Positions 59,331-64,000 of a DNA stretch of 64,000 nucleotides are shown here, piece by piece. A model generated the notes under the pieces. That model made no database searches. It was not told the origin of the DNA and worked only from the letters and a program-made list of their open reading frames with translations. Numbering within the stretch: position 1 is the first letter of the stretch; every line of letters starts with the position of its first letter. A program made the translations under genes and the position numbers. Origin of the DNA: Gemmatimonadales bacterium (GTDB taxonomy: Bacteria; Gemmatimonadota; Gemmatimonadetes; Gemmatimonadales; GWC2-71-9); NCBI GenBank assembly GCA_965249575.1, contig OZ252244.1, forward strand, positions 2,272,001-2,336,000. The letters run 5' to 3'.

Positions 59331-59920
59331 CGAGCCCCCGCCAATTGTTGGAGCGCCCGGCGGATGAGGTCGGCGGTCTCGTCCGTCCCGTTCTGGGAAA
59401 TGACGGCCCGGACGGCGCGATCAGCTTCGGCCGCCCCGTAGCCCAGGTTGACCAGTGCGGTGATCGCCTGCTCGGCCGTGCCATGGACGGCGGGCGCCCC
59501 GTCGGGCGCGACCAAGTCGCCAAACCGGTCTTTCAGCTCGAGGACCATTCTCTCAGCGGTCTTCTTCCCCACACCTGGCACCGTGCACAGGATCCCGGTC
59601 TCCCCCCGCTTGAGTCCTTGGACCAAGCGGTCGGCGCCGAGCGTAGACATCAGCGCGAGCGCGAGCCTCGGGCCGACGCCGGTGGCGCCCAGCAAGCGCT
59701 GGAATACCGCCCGATCGAAGTCGGCATCGAATCCGTACAACGACCACGCGTCATCTCGGACAACCAGAACGGTGCGAAGTTCCACCGAGCTCCCATTGGG
59801 TGGCAGCCGTTCCAGCACGCCCACCGGCACCGCGATCTCGTAACTCACCCCTCCGGAGGTCGCCACCACCACTCGTTCCACTGCGCGTGCGACCACCGTG
59901 CCCCGGACTGCTGAGATCAC
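59327..59920 (-). CDS. ruvA: Holliday junction branch migration protein RuvA
   Basis: LYGF, HhH motifs GVGPRLA and PGVGKKTAER, ALVNLGY. Confidence 0.96.
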   Translation of the reverse strand: MISAVRGTVVARAVERVVVATSGGVSYEIAVPVGVLERLPPNGSSVELRTVLVVRDDAWSLYGFDADFDRAVFQRLLGATGVGPRLALALMSTLGADRLVQGLKRGETGILCTVPGVGKKTAERMVLELKDRFGDLVAPDGAPAVHGTAEQAITALVNLGYGAAEADRAVRAVISQNGTDETADLIRRALQQLAGAR

Positions 59921-60405
59921 GCGGTCACGCCTTGGGCCATGAGGCACGTCAACGCGACGGCCACCCCATCGGCCGCGTCGCTTGGGGTCGGAGCCTTTTC
60001 CAGTCGCAACAATTGCTGCACCATATAACCGACTTGCGCCTTCGCTGCCCGACCGGTCCCCGCGATGCTCTTCTTGACCGTAGCCGGTGAGTACTCGACG
60101 ACGTCGAGACCGGACTGCGCGGCCGCCAGCAGAATGACCCCACGCGCGTGCCCGAGCACCACGGTCGTTCGTACGTTCTTCGCGTAGAATAACGACTCGA
60201 CCGCGACGGTGGTGGGATTGTGTCTGTGAATGATCTCGGTGATCCCGTCGTACAGGGCATCGAGTCGCTGCCAGATGCGTAGCCGCGAGTCTGTTCGAAT
60301 GATCCCGCACTCGACCAGGCTCCCGGGCCTGCCCGCCGCCGGCTCGACGACTCCGTAGCCCGTGACGGCGCTTCCCGGATCGATCCCCAGGACCCGGAGC
60401 GTCAC
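59917..60405 (-). CDS. ruvC: Crossover junction endodeoxyribonuclease RuvC
   Basis: GIDPG, AVE, ARG, G.A.K.QV, DAAD. Confidence 0.96.
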   Translation of the reverse strand: MTLRVLGIDPGSAVTGYGVVEPAAGRPGSLVECGIIRTDSRLRIWQRLDALYDGITEIIHRHNPTTVAVESLFYAKNVRTTVVLGHARGVILLAAAQSGLDVVEYSPATVKKSIAGTGRAAKAQVGYMVQQLLRLEKAPTPSDAADGVAVALTCLMAQGVTA

Positions 60406-61151
60406 CCGCCGACCGTAGCAAGCGTTTCCGAATCGATGTCGAAGTTGCTGTACACTTTGGAGACGTCGTCATGCTCGTCCAGCGCCTCCATCAGCTTCAA
60501 CAACCGTTCCGCGTTCTTGCCTTCGACCCTTATTGTGCTCGTTGGCACCATGACCACCTCTGCTTGCGTGGTCTGGATGCCTTTCCGGCTCAGCGCGTCG
60601 CATACCGCGTGGAGGGATGTGGAATCGGTCGTGACCAGGTGCTGTTCACCCTCGCGCGAGATGTCCTCCGCGCCGGCTTCCAGCGCCGCTTCGAGCACGG
60701 AGTCGTCGTCGAATCGATCCGCGTCGACATAGACCTGGCCTTGAGTCTCGAACATCCACGCGACCGAGTTCGGCGCGCCCAGGTGCCCATTCTGCCGAGA
60801 AAAAATGTGCCGAATCTCCGCGACGGTTCGGTTCAGGTTGTCGGTGGTCACCTGAATGAGGATGGCCGCGCCACCCGGGCCGTATCCCTCGTAGGTCGCC
60901 TCCTCGTAGGTGACGCCCGCCAATTCCCCGGTTCCCTTCTTGATCGCGCGCTCGATGTTCTCCGCCGGCATGTTGCCCGCTTTGGCGGCATCGATGGCGG
61001 TTCGAAGTCGAGCGTTCCCCGCCGGATCGCCGCCGCCCTGCCGGGCAGGCACAGTGATCTCCTTGATCAGTTTGGTGAACGCGGCCCCGCGCTTGGCGTC
61101 GAGTACTGCCTTCTTCCGCTTGATCTGTTTCCACTTGCTATGGCCCGCCAC
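60402..61151 (-). CDS. yebC: YebC/PmpR family protein
   Basis: MAGHSKW, YEGYGPGG, TDNLNRT, DDVSKVYSN. Confidence 0.97.
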   Translation of the reverse strand: MAGHSKWKQIKRKKAVLDAKRGAAFTKLIKEITVPARQGGGDPAGNARLRTAIDAAKAGNMPAENIERAIKKGTGELAGVTYEEATYEGYGPGGAAILIQVTTDNLNRTVAEIRHIFSRQNGHLGAPNSVAWMFETQGQVYVDADRFDDDSVLEAALEAGAEDISREGEQHLVTTDSTSLHAVCDALSRKGIQTTQAEVVMVPTSTIRVEGKNAERLLKLMEALDEHDDVSKVYSNFDIDSETLATVGG

Positions 61152-61187
61152 GGGCAGCCTCCGCGTTCGCCAGGCCCCGAACGCCGG

Positions 61188-61751
61188 TTACCACCCGTGC
61201 CGGCCCCGCAGGGAAGTGATGTGTGCGATGTGATGGCGGCCGTGCCACGCGTAGATCGCAACCATGGTGTGAAGGCTCAGGATGCCGAGCTCCGGATTCC
61301 GAAGCGTGCGGTCCAGTTGCACCGCCGTGAGCGAACGAAGGAGGGTAACCCATCGCTCGTGCAGCGATTCGAGCAAACGGAGCGACGGCTCGAGCGGTGC
61401 CGTTCGGGCATCGTCGAGGTCCGCCCAGCGACCCTCATCGTACGTCTTGATCGTCGGCTCTGCTTCGGTCAGGGCCAGTTTGAGGCGCAGGTAGCTGTTG
61501 AGGTGACTGTCCGGGAGATGGTGTACCACCTGGCGGATGGTCCACCCGCCAGCTCGGTAGGGCGTGTCGAGTTGTCCCTCCGACAAACCGGCGACTGCGT
61601 CCCGCAACTGCGCGGGCGCCGCCGCGATCGCCCCGATACTCTCCGCGCGCTGCTCCGGGCCGAATGACGCCGGTTTCCGGAACCGCCCAATCGGATAGCG
61701 CAGGTCGGGCGCCGACCCCGAACTTTCTGATGTGACCGTGCTGCTCGTCAT
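61188..61751 (-). CDS. yfiT: YfiT/BstA-family (DinB superfamily) metal-dependent thiol transferase
   Basis: DLRYPIG, YRAGGWTIRQVVHH.PDSH, YAWHGRHH. Confidence 0.92.
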   Translation of the reverse strand: MTSSTVTSESSGSAPDLRYPIGRFRKPASFGPEQRAESIGAIAAAPAQLRDAVAGLSEGQLDTPYRAGGWTIRQVVHHLPDSHLNSYLRLKLALTEAEPTIKTYDEGRWADLDDARTAPLEPSLRLLESLHERWVTLLRSLTAVQLDRTLRNPELGILSLHTMVAIYAWHGRHHIAHITSLRGRHGW

Positions 61752-61948
61752 TCGTTGAGCAATATACCGTGACCCGCGCAGGCCCAGCAAACAGCGCTTG
61801 CACCGCACCCGGGCGTTCGATAGCCTTCGCGAGTCGGCGGATCCCGCCTTCGGTTTTTACCCCTCTCATCCTGAAGGTCCGAGCGGGCCCGTCGATGGGC
61901 GATCCCCTCTGGAGGTCCGTACGACACGCTTCAGTTCGAGTCCCGCGC

Positions 61949-62854
61949 GTGACGGCCGCTGAGCGAGGGGCCCACCCGTTGGGCGGGAAGGTGCTGGCTG
62001 CATACCTCACCCTGTCGGTCGTGTGGGGATCCACGTTCTTAGCGAACCGAATCGGTGTACAGCACGTGCCGCCCGCTCTCTTCTCCGGCGCGCGGTTTCT
62101 GGTCGCTGGCCTCTTGCTACTGCCCGTCGCGCTGGGTTTGGGACATCGGTTGCCGTCACGAGCGAACGACTGGCAGTCCATCCTTGTAGTGGGGATCCTC
62201 TTGCTCGGTGGCGGCAACGGTCTCGTCGTGTGGGGGCTGCAGTATGCCGATTCCGGAACGGCCGCCGTGTTCGTGGTGACTGGTGCCATGTGGCTGGCGG
62301 TCATCGACGCGCTGGTGCCGGGAAGCGAGGCCAAGGTGACCCGGCCCCAGTTTCTGGGTCTCCTGGTCGGTTTCGCCGGCGCGTTTCTGCTCGTTGGGGG
62401 TAGCGTCGAAGCGCTCCGCGCCGCCGACTGGCGCGGCCCGGTGGCGTTCACATTGGGAACTATCTCGTTCGCAGCCGGATCGGTTTACTCGAAGCGGCGC
62501 CCCGCCGAAATCAGTCCCTACATGAATTCGGCGCTGCAGATGCTCACCGGGGGTTTGTTTCTCACGGTCGTTGGCCTGGTGCGGGGCGAGCAGCACGAAT
62601 TGGCCCTGTCGCTGCCCGGACTTCTGGCGATCGCCTACCTCATTGTGGTGGGCTCGGTAGTGGGATACAGCAGTTTCTTGTATGTCCTCCGGCATACGCC
62701 TCCGACCATTGCCGGCACGTACATGTACGTCAATACCATCTTCGCCGTGGTGCTCGGGTGGCTGGTGTTGGGCGAGCCGCTCACGGGGCGCAAACTCCTG
62801 GCGATGACGCTTGTCCTCGGCTCGGTACTTTGGGTGCGCCTGGCCCGCCGATAG
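61949..62854 (+). CDS. EamA/DMT family transporter (YedA-like)
   Basis: VWGSTFLA, GGGNG, GSVVGY; about 10 TM segments. Confidence 0.92.
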   Translation: MTAAERGAHPLGGKVLAAYLTLSVVWGSTFLANRIGVQHVPPALFSGARFLVAGLLLLPVALGLGHRLPSRANDWQSILVVGILLLGGGNGLVVWGLQYADSGTAAVFVVTGAMWLAVIDALVPGSEAKVTRPQFLGLLVGFAGAFLLVGGSVEALRAADWRGPVAFTLGTISFAAGSVYSKRRPAEISPYMNSALQMLTGGLFLTVVGLVRGEQHELALSLPGLLAIAYLIVVGSVVGYSSFLYVLRHTPPTIAGTYMYVNTIFAVVLGWLVLGEPLTGRKLLAMTLVLGSVLWVRLARR

Positions 62855-62879
62855 CCGACCCTTGAAGGAGCATCCGATC

Positions 62880-63272
62880 ATGCACCGTGTTTCCGTCAGT
62901 ACGGGTACGCCGTGGGAGCCGATTGTGGGCTATTCGCGCGCCGTTCGCATGCGGCGGTTCGTTCACGTTTCCGGCACGACCGCAACCGATTCGAGCGGTG
63001 ACGTTCTTGGAAGAAAAGACCCCTACACTCAAGCTGTCCGTACGATTGAGAACATCGCCGCCGGGCTCAGGCAAGCGGGGGCGGCCCGGACGGATGTCGT
63101 CCGGACTCGGATTTACGGAACGAACATCGACGACTGGGAGGCCGTCGGGCGGGCGCACGGCGAGGCGTTCGGCGAGATTCGTCCCGCGACGTCGATGGTA
63201 CAGGTCAGCCGCTTGATTCGACCGGAGATGCTGGTTGAGATAGAGGCGGACGCTATTTGTCAGTCGGGGTGA
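62880..63272 (+). CDS. RidA/YjgF family protein
   Basis: WEPIVGYSRAVR, SGTTA, RPATSMV, VEIEA; AAGGAG SD. Confidence 0.93.
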   Translation: MHRVSVSTGTPWEPIVGYSRAVRMRRFVHVSGTTATDSSGDVLGRKDPYTQAVRTIENIAAGLRQAGAARTDVVRTRIYGTNIDDWEAVGRAHGEAFGEIRPATSMVQVSRLIRPEMLVEIEADAICQSG

Positions 63273-63286
63273 GGCGCGGAGGGGGA

Positions 63287-64000
63287 CTACCGGTCAGGGT
63301 CGAGCATGTCCTCGAAACGCATCCACTGCCGGTAGAAGTACAGATCGACGAAGCCGGTCGGGCCATTTCGGTTCTTTGAAATAACGAGCTCTGTGGCCCC
63401 CTCGACGCCGGCTCCCGGGTTGTACATCTCCTCGCGATAGATGCCGAGCACGATGTCCGCGTGTTGCTTGACGGCGCCCAGCACTCCGAAGTCCTCCAGT
63501 CCGGGCCTGTGGTCCGACCGGTCGCGCTCACGGCGAGCCAGGTGCGAGACGACGAGACACGCGACCTGCCGTTCCAACGCCATCGCCTTCAGCGCGCGCA
63601 GGGCGGCGGCGCTGTCCTCGTCCTGGGTGGGACGCATGCTGGGTGCCGGCAGCACCTGGAGATAGTCGATGACGACGAGTGCCGGATTGTGTCCCCACGC
63701 GGGCTCGAGCGCCTCATCGAACTGCCGCCCCGTGACGGGATACATGACGAGCGGACAATCCCGGATGCGTAGGGCCGCGGCGCCCAGAGCGACGCGGACC
63801 TCCTCCGACAATTTCGCTAGGCGCATGTCGTCGACCGGCGCCCGTCCCTCGATCGCGAGCGCCCGCTCGAGCAGTCGGTCCTCGTCCATCTCGCCGGAGA
63901 AGAACACGACCGGGTACCCTGCCTGCGCCGTTCGGAGTGCGATACCCAAAGCGAGCGATGATTTGCCGGAACCCACGTCGCCGCCCAGGACGACTAGGTC
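63287..64000 (-). CDS. DnaB-like helicase C-terminal domain protein, divergent paralog (5' end beyond window)
   Basis: DLVVLGGDVGSGKS, SGEM, VIDYLQ, ADIV, KNRNGPTG. Confidence 0.85.
   Translation of the reverse strand, partial: DLVVLGGDVGSGKSSLALGIALRTAQAGYPVVFFSGEMDEDRLLERALAIEGRAPVDDMRLAKLSEEVRVALGAAALRIRDCPLVMYPVTGRQFDEALEPAWGHNPALVVIDYLQVLPAPSMRPTQDEDSAAALRALKAMALERQVACLVVSHLARRERDRSDHRPGLEDFGVLGAVKQHADIVLGIYREEMYNPGAGVEGATELVISKNRNGPTGFVDLYFYRQWMRFEDMLDPDR

Overview
GC-rich bacterial chromosomal window, most likely from Gemmatimonadota (inferred from gene content and order, not proven). It is mostly densely packed, translationally coupled housekeeping genes. From left to right: a minor type IV pilin cluster (fimT/pilV/pilW/pilX-like); a sulfur/methionine cluster (D-cysteine desulfhydrase, methyltransferase, MetF-like, YitJ-like, metH); yggU/yggT, a kelch protein and KGD-type sucA; a VWA/AAA chelatase pair; glcD-X-glcE-glcF-ygfZ; a short sigma70 factor; aroB, phzF and pduO; a bamA/tamB locus; acpS and a cytochrome c-FTR1 iron permease; a long minus-strand run (yfiT, yebC, ruvCAB, queA, tgt, yajC, def, fmt, thiE/S/G, rsmB, PASTA, rpe, tlpA, cdaR, tsaD, lgt); then eamA, ridA and a divergent DnaB-like protein. 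I saw no tRNA, rRNA, CRISPR array or transposase. The best signals missing from the ORF track are: (1) a 54-aa zinc-finger microprotein coupled between ruvA and ruvB; (2) a SAM-II riboswitch with a complete terminator/antiterminator platform upstream of metH; (3) a recurring ~27-bp TAA-N4-TT-N7-AA-N4-TTA-like motif upstream of the pilin operon and the sigma factor; (4) apparent ATA/CTG start codons at coupled junctions; (5) a Fur-type box lying over the FTR1 start codon. Several genes are broken: pilX (in-frame TAG plus frameshift), a bamA-tamB deletion, a P1 peptidase frameshift, a kelch internal deletion and a DinB remnant. These may be real decay or assembly errors. All gene calls come from motif recognition; no database search was run.
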